From contig OZ199838.1 in NCBI GenBank assembly GCA_964304625.1, forward strand, positions 7,458,035 through 7,522,034: DNA of 64,000 bases. The letters run 5' to 3'. Made by a program: the position numbers and the translations under genes. The notes under the pieces were generated by a model. The model saw only the letters and a program-made list of their open reading frames with translations, did not search any database and was not told the origin of the DNA. How positions within the stretch are numbered: the first letter of the stretch is position 1; every line of letters starts with the position of its first letter. Positions 39,970 to 53,473 of the stretch are shown in pieces. Source of the DNA: Kudoa neothunni. Its lineage: Eukaryota; Animalia; Cnidaria.

Positions 39970-40212
39970 TATTGGGGTATTATTGTACCCCGAATCCATT
40001 AGAGGGTTAATAAAAGGGGGTAGTATTTAATTAATTCTGTTTGATTTGCTATCAAGCTATTCTATGTGCTAAAAAAATCAATTGCAAAAAAAAGGGAAAC
40101 CATAAAAGTAATGTCTTTAAAAAATTAAGTTTATCACTGACTTCCTCGCGGGCCGGATGAGGAAATCTCCAGGGCAAAATTTTGTCCGCGAGTCGGTCGT
40201 TGCCGACCCCTG
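39970..40212. repeat. Solo transposon termini (piggyBac end at 40006; hAT end at ~40212)
   Basis: GGGGTATTATTGTACCCC...TTAGAGGG|TTAA matches the CCCTCTAA end of the 62869 piggyBac. GTTGCCGACCCCTG is a hAT-type terminus. Confidence 0.5.
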
Positions 40213-40739
40213 ATTTGTACCAATACGATATCACCCATTTTTACGCAGTTTATGTAAAAGCAGCTAAAGTAAATGTAAAAATTTAAATAAACGTGAAGAT
40301 TAAACATTGTCAATGCTGACGTTATTTTTTAAAGATAAATTATTCTAACGCATGAAACTTCTCTTTTAAAAATATTATCTAATACATACTAGTGCAATTA
40401 TTAGATTTACGGTGGTTCAATTTTTGTGAAAAAATGACTCAAAAAGGTCTATGATTTCGAAACAAAGATTTTTTTTATTAAATATTTTACACAATATTTG
40501 AATTTTATTACAACGCCAATTCAACTTTATAGAAAAGATTAAGTTCATATCTTCACTTCATCAAACGCTCTTTCAGATTCAAGAATTTTTAAATGATAAT
40601 TTCATGTAAATAACTATAATTATAAAAGTTCGAATACTATTATTGACGATAAAAACACTCATCGTTTTTCAAAAGGAATATATTTTGGCATAAAAAACTT
40701 TAAATAAAATTTAAAAAATATATAATGCCATTTTCTACA

Positions 40740-43700
40740 GGCAGTGGCTATAGGTCAGGAAACAAATATCTCGAAAACTACTGCATATTTTTCCCCAAAA
40801 ATTTAAAAATTATTTTAATATTGTCTAGCTTAATTTTTGGTAACTTAATGGAAAATTGTAAAAATGTTAATTTTTTTGATCATATGGTGGTCATACATCA
40901 CCAGTATTTCATTATTGGCATATACTTGATTTTTAAAAATCTAAATCAGTTCAAATACATAGAATACATGAAAAATTTTAGTGGAAGTAAAATTTTTCGA
41001 TCTAAATGTTGGCGCATTATTTTGAGCATCCAGCTATACAATATGGCGTTAAGTATGTTCACAGTCGGTATGCGTTATGTTTCTTTTGAAGATCTTCACA
41101 TTGCCATCGCAGAACACGAAAAGTTGTCGTTTTGTAGTCTATACAAATATCAAGCAAGAACTATCTCAAATATTCGTAGTAGAATTACAAAACAGATCAA
41201 TGAATCACTCCGCTATTACGAGGTCACATACTGTTGTATTTTCAGTGGGAAGAAGAAAACGAGGTCATGTGGCGCTCGAAATAAATCAATGTTAAAAGGA
41301 GATTGCCCTGTCAAAATAACATTAGGAACTTCAAATGACGGAGCTTTCCTTGAAATACGTTCCTGCATGTTAGAGCACAATCATCAATTAGATCAGATGA
41401 TATATAGAAACCTTCCTAAGCAAAGGAAAATTAATCTAAACGATCAACACCTTATTGAATTAGTTAACCTCAGGGCGAATAAAAAATTGATTCAATCAAA
41501 ATTACAGACGGAAACTGGGAAAAATATTCGTCTAAAATCTATTCACAACATTAAAAAAAATAAGAATTCGTTTCCTGACAACTTAGAAATAATTGAAAAA
41601 AACTTAAAGTGTAGATAATAAATGTCACGTTAGAATTTTACATAATGAGCGTAACGTCGTCAGTGGAATATTTTTCGCTGATAATAAAATGAAGTCATTT
41701 TTGGAATTGTATCCTGAAGTGATGTTTGTTGATGCCACACATTAACTGCTTGATTCGAGGTATTAAATTTTTTTTTAAAATGACCACACAAACTTTATTT
41801 TACTAACTTTAGAGCTCCTCTGTATTTATCGGCAGGAGAGGATTCTTTCGGGTTGACTCATATAACAAGCGTATGCATACTATTTGAAGAGACTGAAAAT
41901 TCCATACAATGGTTTTGCAATAACATAATAGAAATGGTTCCTACTTTGCGTGATAAAGTATGTACACTTGTCACTGACAAAGACGAAAAGTTGAGAAAGT
42001 GTCTAAAAAAAGTTTCCCATCGTCTTCTTGCATTCTCTTTAAATTTCACGTCCTACAAATTTCTCGACGACAAATCACCACAACCAAGTTGGCCGTATCC
42101 ACTAAAAATGTCAAGATATTCTAAGGTGTTTGCAACAAATGATATATTGTAAAGATTATGATGAGTATAAGAAGTACGTTAATGAAATCCAAGAGTTTAA
42201 TAATACTAAGCTGAGCGAATATTTCAAAGTAAATTGGGATGGGGTTTACAAAGATTGGATAATTGGGCTCAGCAATGCAACCAACTTTTATGGAAACGAA
42301 ACTAACAATCGTATTGAATCAATTAATACAAAAATAAAAAGTGTTGTCTACAAATTCAGTTCCTTGACAAACTTTGTTGATAAATTTTTCAAAATCTTGA
42401 GGACCCTTCGCACGGAAAGGGAAGGAGAGGCAATAAGCCAGTTGTGCTATGGCTCAAACAAAACTTTTAATGACGAATATATGTCACAGTATGAGAAAAT
42501 CTTGACCAAGTATGCATTCAATTTACTTCAAAAACAGGTTGCACTATTAGGCACCGAATATTTGTTGTTATACTCAACTGAAATTACTAATGCAACTACG
42601 TGCTCATGTGTATTTTACCGATCTTTCTCACTGCCTTGCAGTCATATTCTATCTTCAAGATTATTGAATAATTTACCTCTTTTCTCTGAAATATTGTGCA
42701 ATGAGAGGTGGACGAAAACGTATGGAATGAAATTCTTAGGAACTGGAACTATAATCGAAAGGAACAACGAAATTACTCCGACCATTGTTGATAAGAAGAG
42801 CCAACCCAAAATAAAAAGTTTTGGACAGAAGTTGAGATACGCAACAACCTTTACAACCAATTAGGCTAACACCGCGTCTGAATTTTGTGGAGATTTTTAT
42901 GAAAAGTCTATAAGATGTATAAGTCTCTTAGAAAACATTTTAAGAAATCATGATATCACTGTAGTCGATGATTTCCTAAATACATGTGATTTTTTTTTGA
43001 AAAATAAAATTTTATATTTTGCTATAGTTGGAGAAGTACCTGAATTTCAAGAATACGTATGAAATTATTAATTTAATTTCCATATATTAAATTTAGAATT
43101 CATCGATAGATTCGTCAGAAATAACAATCATTAAAAAACCTAAACTTAACACAGATGATGATACTCATCCTCAAATAGAGCCTATTAGTAATATCAATCA
43201 ATCAAAACTCGCAGAAGAATCTAAACTGAAAGGTTAAAATGTAACAAAACGTATTTTTATATTTTTGTAGAGCTGAAAATTCCATCGAAAATAAAATCCG
43301 TTGGTCGACCACGAGGAAGTCGCCTAACAAAAATTGGAATCCTTATGAAAAAAAAATAATGACGAAATGCATTCAAATCATAAACTATATAGGTACTTGA
43401 TGGTGTCATTCATTTTTTTTCATACAAAACGTTTCATTTTATGATCCCTAACGCTGGATAAGCAAATTAATCCTCAAAATTTATTTATTATCTAAAAATT
43501 TACTCTTTTTAAAAAATAAAATATTGATAATTGATTATAAACTGTATTCAATCAAATTCAATTTCAAAAAAGAATGTTTAATTGGTAATGGTCGTATGGA
43601 TGATATGATCAAAAAAATAAACATTTTTACAATTTTCCAACAAGTTACCAAAAATTAAGCTAGACAATATTAAAATAATGTTTAAATTTTTGGGGAAAAA

Positions 43701-43748
43701 TATGCAATGGTTTTCGAGATATTCGTTGCCTGACCTATAGCCACTTCC
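40740..43748 (+). mobile_element. Mutator/MULE transposon with SWIM-domain transposase (intron-containing, disrupted)
   Basis: ~145-bp TIRs (GG(C/A)AGTGGCTATAGGTCAGG...). 9-bp TSD TTTTCTACA / TTGTCTACA. FAR1/WRKY-like CPVKI...LEHNH, DDE pieces YPEVMFVDATH, LVTDKD, ETNNRIESIN, SWIM CSCVFYRSFSLPCSHI, C-terminal VGRPRG. Confidence 0.92.
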
Positions 43749-43909
43749 TTGTCTACACTCACGTATTTAACATAACAGAGAATTCTATTTTTATCGAAAA
43801 TTAAAAGTAAACATCTCAGAAATTGGGCATCTAAAACAAGCGTCGATTTAACTAAAAAATACTATACACAAGCATAACTAAAATAAATTCAATAACTAAA
43901 CACAGACGG

Positions 43910-46900
43910 CTATCGCTTGGAAAACACACGTGAAATTCTCCATGCATTGGGATCTTCGTGTTTGTTGTAAAGAGGCTCCAGTTTTTGGCGACTTTTAGCT
44001 TTGCTCAGTTTGGTTGAATCGGCAAACTTGAAATAAGAGGGAGCAAACTCTACCAACCACTTTGGATCAATTGCAGTGGCTTCACGCATATACTCTCTCG
44101 TGGTGAGAACAAGTTCATGGTAAACAACCCATTCGGGTTGCCTGTTGAACAACGATGACGACGGATGTATGTACACAGTTTGAGAGTCGGTAATAGTTTT
44201 GTATCCTTCCTGGGGATCCTTTTTAGCAGCATTTCTGAAATATCCACTGCAAATAGCCATTTGGACTTGAGACGGATTTTTTCCACAAGATTTAACTTCT
44301 AGTTTGTGTCTCTCCATAATACCAAGCATTTGTTTTCGAATATCTTGAGCTCTTTTTAATGAACGGGCGTGTACAAAATTGTCGTAACACCAAGGAGAAG
44401 AGTAACGACTTTGTTTCCAACCATTATACACCGCTAACAGCGTGAGATGGTCTCCTTCTGCTTGATTGAAACGAGATTTACGTTGATCTGCCAACGCTTG
44501 TTTTTCTTTCGGTCGATAGAAAACACTCTGCACAGACAACATAGAGACTATAGTCAAAATCTCTTCACTGCAGCCTAAATGAACAGAGTGAATCAACATT
44601 TTAGAGAGTTGTGGCTCGAGAGGAAAACTCAGCCATTCGACGGCCTAATTTGGTCAACAATCCATCCTCACCATCCAACGCACCAAGAGAGTGCAATTGC
44701 AACATTGCATTTGTCATAGTCTGGTAGGGAGGTGGATCCATAAAATCAAAGTGGAGCAAATCATTGATGCCCATGGCTTTAAGAGCTAAAATTGTGCTGG
44801 CAAGGTTGGTTCGTTGTATTTCTGGCACATTGGTGGCCAACATTTCATCACGATAAGCCCTTTCAGTGTACATCCGATAACATTTGCCAGGACCAGTTCT
44901 TCCAGCTCGACCAGCACGTTGTTTAGCTTGTGCCTGAGAGATAGGTACCACAGTAAGTTGATCAATTCCATTTTGTGCGTTGTAAACTTTCTGTTTCACA
45001 AATCCCGGATCAACAACATAATATATGCCATCGATGGTAAGAGAAGTTTCGGCAATGTTGGTAGCAATAATCACTTTCCTACTTCCAGGAGGTGCAGGTT
45101 CAAAAATTCGAGTCTGCATCTCACTAGGTAGAGCCGAATACACTGGTAATATGATTAGTTCAGGCACTTCTGATCCAAGAGCTTTAATTCGTTCAAATAA
45201 AATCTCACAAGCATTGTCAATCTCTTCCTGACCAGTGAGAAATAGCAGTATATCACCAGCAGGCTCAGTTAGATGGATCTGCATAACTGTGATAAGTGAT
45301 GCGTCAACATAGTCAGGTTCTGGCTCCATCGAATATAACACTTCGACTGGATATGTTCTACCGGGTATGGTAAAGATTGGGGCTTCGTAAAAATAGGATG
45401 AAAACTTTACTGCATCCAAGGTTGCCGAGGTTACAATAAGTTTTAAATCTTTACGCTTTTTAATTGCTTTTTTCAACAACCCAAATAAAACGTCAGTATG
45501 GATGGTTCTTTCGTGGGCCTCATCCAACATGATGATCGAGTATGAATTTAGATCAGGATCTATCAAGCATTCTCTTAAAAGCATACCATCAGTCATGTAT
45601 TTAATAATGGTTTTATCGGTAGTGCAATCTTCGAAACGGATAGTGTAACCGACGTGTTCACCAAGGGTGCACCCAAACTCCTCTGAAACTCTTTTTGCAA
45701 CTGACATAGCAGCAACTCTACGTGGTTGAGTACAGCCAATTTTTCCAGTAGCTGTATAACCACATTCAGCCAAATATTGAGTTATTTGTGTAGTTTTTCC
45801 AGACCCTGTTTCGCCAATAACTACCAAGATTTGGTTTTCAGCGATAGCTTTCACCAACTGATCCTTAAGTTCATATATTGGTAAGCCTCGGCGTTGCTCC
45901 ACAATAGAGAGATTTGTACGTCTTCCAAAACTTATTTTGTTTCCACCAAGAGCCGAACGTTTCCACTCAGGAAGAGAATCAACCAAAGAGTTTGATGTCA
46001 TTCCTGCTCCCGCATAGCTGAACCCCGAAGAATCCCTCATGCTCTCATTATTCATCGGATCTCGCCACGAAGATGCTGCATTTTTATTTCTACTAGACGA
46101 TTGGGCTTCATTCTGTAATAACTTGAGTTCTTTTCTTTCTTTGGCAAGAGCTCCCTGAAGTGACGCCGATTGCTGTAAACTCCCATCGGGATTTTTGACT
46201 ATTCGTATAGGACTAAACTCCACACTGCTTTTCGTTTGCCCTTTTAAAAATGTTGGTTCACTTTCATTCACTTCAATTTCAATATCTTCATCGGAACCGG
46301 CTTCATTTGGAAGAATGCCCATCTCATCATCATAGTCTGGATAATCACGATAGTCCAAAACTCCAGCTGCAATCAACTGTTTGATTTCGAACCGTTCGGG
46401 AGAGGTTAAACGATTAAATTTTTTGGACCGAGCGGCCATTTCAACGCCCTCTTTCCCAATCGATAAAAGCTCATCATGAGAAGGTTTTTCCGGATTTTGA
46501 TATAATTGGTTAGTGTAGGTGTTACGTGTCCGAGTTGAGTTGGATGGATTCAAATCTTCACCTGTTTCTTGATCAACTTCCTAACCCCATTACACGATAA
46601 AACGCATGTACACGCATCTTATCATCTCAAGAACCAAATTACCTTCAGTGTCAGACTGATTTTGTTGCTTTCAGATATTGTGAGCACTTTCGCTTTGACT
46701 TTTTGATACATTTCGACTTCATCGGACACATTAAGAACTCTTTTATCGCGACTCAACTAAAATGTGTATTTTTATGGGAATTTACTATATTTTATAACTT
46801 GAGATATGTGAATAAGACCGTGATCCTTATTTTTAACATTCAATTCAACAAAACAGCCAAACTGAACAATATTGATAATTTTCCCATTGTAAATCTTCCC

Positions 46901-47792
46901 AACTTCAACTTTTTCAGCGATTCTACAATCCATTTAATAATTGTTACGAAAGCTTTTACAACAACTTTTCTTTGTGATGACTTTGTTCACCGCGTGAACT
47001 GTGCCTTCTAAAGTCAGTTTCTGAGTCAGTAATAAGGTAACGTGCATACCTTGAAGAGTGCCTTCTACGACGACCATCGCCCTCATTAGAAGATGCAGAA
47101 CGGTCATAGGTTGATTTCCTACAGTGTTTCTTACTTGAACTATCTTTCTTCGATTTCTCGACCGAAGTAGTTGTCGTATTCCTAAAACGGGTTAACTACA
47201 CGTAACGAACAAATTATACACTTTGACGTTTCAAATAACTCCTCAAGCTAAAATAAGCCTTATAAATTAGTTTAATTCACTTTAATTTACTTCCATAAGA
47301 GCATTTTGAGCTATCGCAGTATCTTGAGTGTCCTCCTCTTCTAATGGAATCGGGCCAGTTGCATTATCGGGAATGCACAAAGCTGGAAATTGAATGCTTT
47401 TTTCGGTTAAATCATCATTATTGGATTCTAAATAATTTCAAGAATCCTAAAATATTATAAATTCATACTGGACAAATCTGCTGATTTTAGAGATCTTGTG
47501 AGACGATATATACTTGATGTTAGTGTATCCTAATTATCATTTAGGAAAAAATAACTATTTATAATATATACTGGAAATTCTGCTCCATTAGATTTCAGTA
47601 TTTCGATAAATTCATTGATTGAATTACATGATTCTCCGATCGACAATATAAATTCAGCTAAATTTTAATTATAGATAAAGACCTATTCTATTCACCTAAT
47701 ATCTTGTCATTTAACCCCAAATGGTTATTCAACTCAGTACATATTTTGGATGTAACGGATATTCGCTCCAATTCAGCCAACTCGTTCTCCAT
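43910..47792 (-). CDS. DHX8: DEAH-box splicing helicase PRP22; one +1 frameshift at 44624-44627
   Basis: N-terminus [31 protein letters not shown]1 domain ([19 protein letters not shown]), [24 protein letters not shown]-terminus [17 protein letters not shown]. Several short GT-AG introns in the 5' part. Confidence 0.96.
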
Positions 47793-49500
47793 ATTCCCGA
47801 TGCTTGCGCTTGCGCGTAGATTAAAATCTACGACTGGGAGTGACATTACATTTATTAATTTCCATATAATTTTAATAATTCAAATGTAATAATACAGATA
47901 AATTTAAAACATAATTTCTGTCGACATAACATTACAACATTCAAAAAATTGTAATGATCAAGTAATTGCCTGTGATTAACTATAATTACAATAATAATAT
48001 TGAGAATATGGAATCATAAAAAAGTAAAAATATATAGGGAGTTAATTGTCCTTAATATCGCACTAGCAATTGCATTTATTGATGAAGTTCTGAGTTTTAT
48101 GAGCAGCTCATTTCATTATACGGATATTTTCATTCTGTATAAAGTATTTTACAAAATTCATAAATTCGTTTATTTAATTATGGGATAAATATTAATATGG
48201 TAATACAACAAACATCAAGCTGTCTCCAATTTTCTTATCTGCGGTAAAAAATTTTGCTAAATTATTAATTTAAAACAAGGATAATTACAGTTATACTTGA
48301 TAGCTGATATTTGATATGCGAGGTAAACTAAATTTTTCATATCTATATAATTTTTTATTCTAAATAAATTTGCCTGGATTTAATCTTTTCAATATAGTAA
48401 GTTATATTGGATTATCGCAGGGCTTCCCGATTGGGGGGGGGGGGGGTCCGAGTCTCTCATATTGAGTTAACGAAAAAATCGTACCCCAAGCATGCCTTGT
48501 ACATAATGTACCGATTTCAAATAATTAGAATCTGTCTCAAAACTATATCATGCGAAATTGAAGCTGGAATAAGTCTTATAGACAAGTAGTAATCTGATGA
48601 ATTTCACTCCGATTTAATTTGTTTTTAATCCACTATTTTATATTTATTAATATATGGAATAAAAATGATAGTTTATCTCTTTTCATTTAACCCCCGGAAG
48701 ACGGAACTTGAAAAACTTACTCGTGTGCCGAAGGGGGGACCTAAGGTACCGCAGAGGTTTTTCAACTTAATTCGTTCGCGGGGATAAAAAATTGGTTTCA
48801 TGTAGTTATTGCTTAATTTAAAATAAAAGTAACAGCCCAAAACGTAGAGATACTTACTTAACCAGCTAGGAAAAAATACAGGCAATTCATCGTCGTCACT
48901 TTTAATAAAACAAGCAATTCCTCAAATATATAGGTTATGATTGTATGAAGCTATTAACTAATTATTAGAAAACTCAAGGTTGATTTTCAAGTGACTTTGT
49001 CATCTGAAAGGAACAACCGACAAAACCACCACAATATAGACATCCGAAAATTTTCGTTAATCTCATTGTGCGATCGTGGTATTAAATCGTAGGAATATTT
49101 CCCTTCCTTCAAACAACTGCCTTTTCAGTCGCAATTTTCATTAGATGGTAAAAATCATGACTGATATAAAAAGGAAAACCCGGTTGGAATAAAATTAAAT
49201 TTTAATCGACCTATACTTTCAAAATTAATGTCTTATTAAGAGCGCTCGTGTCTTACAATAATCTCAGGATAATCTCTAAGCAGGTCGGATTCTTCCGATG
49301 GAAAATAAAATCAAAACTAGTCGTACTCTTATTCCATTTATTCATTTAAAAAATAATTTTTAACCATTAAGCTGTAGTTAAAATTAAATTAATAATAAAT
49401 ATAAGAGATCCAAAGGCCTTTAAATACTAAATACAGTAAGAAACCAATTTCACGTAATCCCCTCGGGACCAAGAAAAAAATGCGTCAAATCTGTCACGCC

Positions 49501-50482
49501 CAGGGCTGCCAGCGGGGTTTTAGAAAAAACCCAAGGTCGAGAAAAACGCTAGTCTAAAATACAAAAAATAGAATCATCTACTAAAGTTTTTAATCATCTT
49601 CCGAGTCTTCAAATACGTCTACAGATACTAAATTTAAATTTATCGTCGTATTATTGCAATTTATTGGCGCGAACACTCATTCAAACTTAATGTCTAATAT
49701 AGATCAATATTCTCACAATGAATAAATTAATTAATTCATAGTTCAAGATATATTTTGAAATAACGTCAAATTTTCTAAAAATGTGCGACAATGTTAATTG
49801 AACAGTTGTGCAGTCGTGCCACGTTAAACAATCTATTGTGCTGTCGTTCAATATCGTAAATGTTTAAACCCTGCACGATTTAATCCTCGCGCATACACAT
49901 TTGTTGTGCGAATCACGGCTGCCAAGGCTTGGGTTTTCCCCCAATATCTTGGGATTTTTATGTTCACCTTTGGTTCTTGGGGGTTTTTTAATTTTTTACA
50001 AAATCTTGGGTTTTTATTGAAAACCGGTAAGCATCGAATAATAACAAATTTTATTAAGTGCAACATTAATATTTATATTTCTAATGGCGTATCCTATGCA
50101 GATTATATCGTGCAGGGTTTAAACACTTACGATATTGAACGGCAGCACATTAGATTGTTTAACATGACACGATTACATTAGTATTCAGATAACATGGTTG
50201 CACATTATTAGAAAATTTTAAACGTTATTTCAAAATATATTTTGATCTATGAATGAATTAATTTATTCATTGTGAGAATATTGATCTATATTAGACATTA
50301 AGTTTGAATGAGTGTTCGCGCCAATAAATTGCAATAATACGACGATAAATTTAAATTTAGTATCTGTAGACGTATTTGAAGACTCGGAAGATGATTAAAA
50401 ACTTTAGTAGATGATTCTATTTTTTGTATTTTAGACTAGCGTTTTTCTCGACCTTGGGTTTTTTCTAAAACCCCGCTGGCAG
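49501..50482. mobile_element. ~1-kb foldback/MITE with ~380-bp inverted arms (hAT-like CAGGGCTGCCA start)
   Basis: 49506-49885 is the reverse complement of 50101-50482. The spacer contains repeated CTTGGG(G/A)TTTT motifs that also occur in the arms. No TSD seen. Confidence 0.85.
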
Positions 50483-51712
50483 TCGGTGCAAATAGACACT
50501 TTCAATAATATGTTTTCTAGGCACTTTTTTATGAAACAATAGCATGTCCAAAAAACACATAAAAAATAAATATATATATAAAATTCATTTTATACAGAAC
50601 AAAAATAGGAAAAACCTCAAAAGCCTACTTTTTGATTTTTGTTTAGTTGAAGGATGGCGTGTGTTATTCAAGCAACTATCAACGGTATAACATTCATTTA
50701 TTGTCTTACTTTTTTCTTTTATGTGATTTCGTGTACTGTGGTTGAAAAAATGTACTCTTACATTTCTTTTTTTGATATATAAACCCCCATTATTTCTACA
50801 CATAGGGGATATCCAAAAACGTATCTTATACGACAAAATCTCGAAAGTTTTTTTACGTAGAATGCCAATCCTTAAGCAAAGGTCATTATCGTATGATACC
50901 TAAGAGTAGTCAACAAAAGTTCAAAGAATAATATCAACCAAGATGAGATGAATGGTTCCAAGTTGTTTATCGATTTTATTCTCAAACACCCGCATAGTAG
51001 TTTGTGCAAGACTAAAGCTATAAGGTTTTAAAGCGTAGGCAATTGGTGAGATGATATGTTTGTTTTTCAGAATGTTTCTGAGATTATTTAAGGCTAGTTT
51101 TTCAGTTGGAAGGTATAGCGTTAATAAGAAGCTTTCACCAGTTACAATACATGGCACCCATAGCGAATTTCTCATCACATAACATCCAGTATTGAGGATA
51201 GAGCATTCAGTCATATTTAACCTGTAACTTCACAGTATAGGTATTTGAGAGCGATTGAATGAACAAATTTTCACATCCAATTATTGAAATAATGCTAGTC
51301 AACTGAGGAGACGGGTTCAAATTGTAAAGTTTTGCTTAAACTCGCAATGACAAGAGCTAGTAATCTGGTGAGATTTTCGTACATGGTCAATAGGATTTCA
51401 TAGAGGATTTATTGAATGTTTTGTTTCAGCCCAACTCTTCATAGATTACATCATGACGTGTCTTCGAATTCTTCTAACCCACACGAAGGAAAAATGTAAT
51501 TACTCTTTCAAAAAAAGAATTGTTTAACCATTTACTTAAATAATTTGATTATTAATGTAATGCTGGTTAGATATTTAAATTAACAGATTTTTTATTTTTA
51601 AGTAAAATGTTTTTATTTTTTTATTTAACGTAGTTAAATTGTTTTATTTTATCGCCTGGAAAAAGTTTTTTATAATTAAAATAATTTTTATAGGAGTTTA
51701 GTATATTTCCGG

Positions 51713-53473
51713 ATGATAATGATGATTAGGAGAAATACCTGCTCTGTGCTTGCTAAGCACTTACGTGCAAAATCAACCATTCAAATTAACAAACTCACCA
51801 TAATACAAAAATTCTATTTAAAATTCGGCTGAAGAAACATAATCAACGAGTCATATAGCTATTTAAATCACGACAATACAATCCCAAGCAAAATCGTTCA
51901 TCCCAACGATGCGCACATATACGGCGCTTGTTCTTCAATGGTAACTCGAAAAAGGGTCCACGCTGGGAACATTCAACAATATTTCCCGTACTACGAGGAA
52001 AGGCCTCCGTTCAAAGAAATTATCGACGTTACACACCCTAAAGGTTTTCCGGGTATAATCTGCGGCTTAAATTCCCCAACTCATACATCTATTATTGTAT
52101 TGTAGAAAATGGCGTAGACGTTCAAAATTTGGTGGAAAAAGAAGGATCTCTGTTGATGGAACTCCTACTAGAATCATTCTACAGACTTGATTTTCTTGAG
52201 GATACTAATAGAATTTTTCAAATCCTGATTCAACATGACATTCATTGTCTGTATACATCACCTTATGTTAGTTTTATTTATTTGTACTGAATGTGAAAAT
52301 AAATAAAATCTACATTTTAGGTCGGAATAGAATTACTAAAAAGGGATACAGAGGTCGACATGACTAAATTATTTCAGCTCGCCTCGTTCGCTAACGAGTT
52401 ACCCTTACTGACTGATCAGCCCAATTTACTTTATGGACGCTTTATTTATGAATATGTTCTTTCAAACGATAGAAACATTTTAAATTTATATAATCGGTTA
52501 AACAACGCCATTACGGTTGGTAATTCATTCAAAAAAAAGATTGTTCAAAGTAAAAACATGGTCACCACATTGTTTTGTGGTGCGTTAGAATATCTCATAT
52601 GGAACACCATGATATATGAGAAGATTAAGGGGAAATCGAAATTTGGAAAACTTGATAAAAAGAAACTTAAGATGAAGGCGGATAAAACAATTCTTAGCTT
52701 TGAGAATATGTGTGTTAGCGATGCTCGTGTATGCTCCTTCTTGAATTGGACCAAGAATGGGGTAACATTGGACGAGATCGAAACTAGAGCATTAAAGAAC
52801 CTAGAGTGCGTTATTGTGATGTAATTGCATTTCATATCAATTTAGTTTAGTCAAAATAATCAGTTATCCTCCACTCACGTACATCAAAGCGTATGTTAAT
52901 TTGGGTATTGTTACTAATCGTCTCAATAAATACGAATTGAGAGATCTTTTAAAATCGACTCATATAAACAGCTCCTTTTCACTGGATATTCTTGAGTAAT
53001 CATTAAAAAAAACTATTTTCAATTTGTTTAGATATTGCACTGAGTTATTGCTGAAGATATTTCCAGAAAGTGGGTTGGTGTATCTCTGGAAATTGTTGGA
53101 TATGGATCCTTTCAATTCTCTATTTGAAGAAATCTTCCACCCCGAATCAGATGATGCTGAATCGGATAGTTACCTATATCATGAAATTATTGAGAAAAAT
53201 CAAACCTTACATCTAACTGAAATAATTTTTAAAAGATTATCAATTTTTCATAACGCTAACAACGTCCAAGACCTGTCCCTTCTTAAACGTTGCATATCGA
53301 AATCTAACGAGATAGCCTCATTATTAAAAATTTGGGATAAAAATGTGTTTTCCTGGGACTCATACATCAACTACTCAAGCATGTTTAAGATGGACGCCGA
53401 ATGTCTTGATTTACGTTTAAAAATCAAGCGAAAGATGAAGAAATTGATAAAGAAACAAAATCGAAATGAATGA
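51713..53473 (+). CDS. Uncharacterised multi-exon protein (~500 aa); 5' end uncertain
   Basis: Open exons ~51833-52052, ~52106-52266, 52321-~52810, ~52851-52995 and ~53032-53473 joined by short GT-AG introns. ATG at 51713 is in frame but followed by TGA at 51830; alternative ATG at ~51938. No family recognised. Confidence 0.6.

Noticed and set aside
40725-41040. N-terminal 105 aa of ORF 40725..41618
   Set aside because: Read-through of the MULE TIR; real transposase similarity starts near MALSMFTVG (~41043).
44050-45231. Antisense or alternate-frame ORFs over DHX8 (and similar ones over CPEB1, cyclin T, ERM and the transposases)
   Set aside because: Shadow ORFs of real coding sequence, with no independent motifs.
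50800-51530. ORF 50921..51214 as a host gene
   Set aside because: No consistent exon chain; stops in all frames; no recognisable family.
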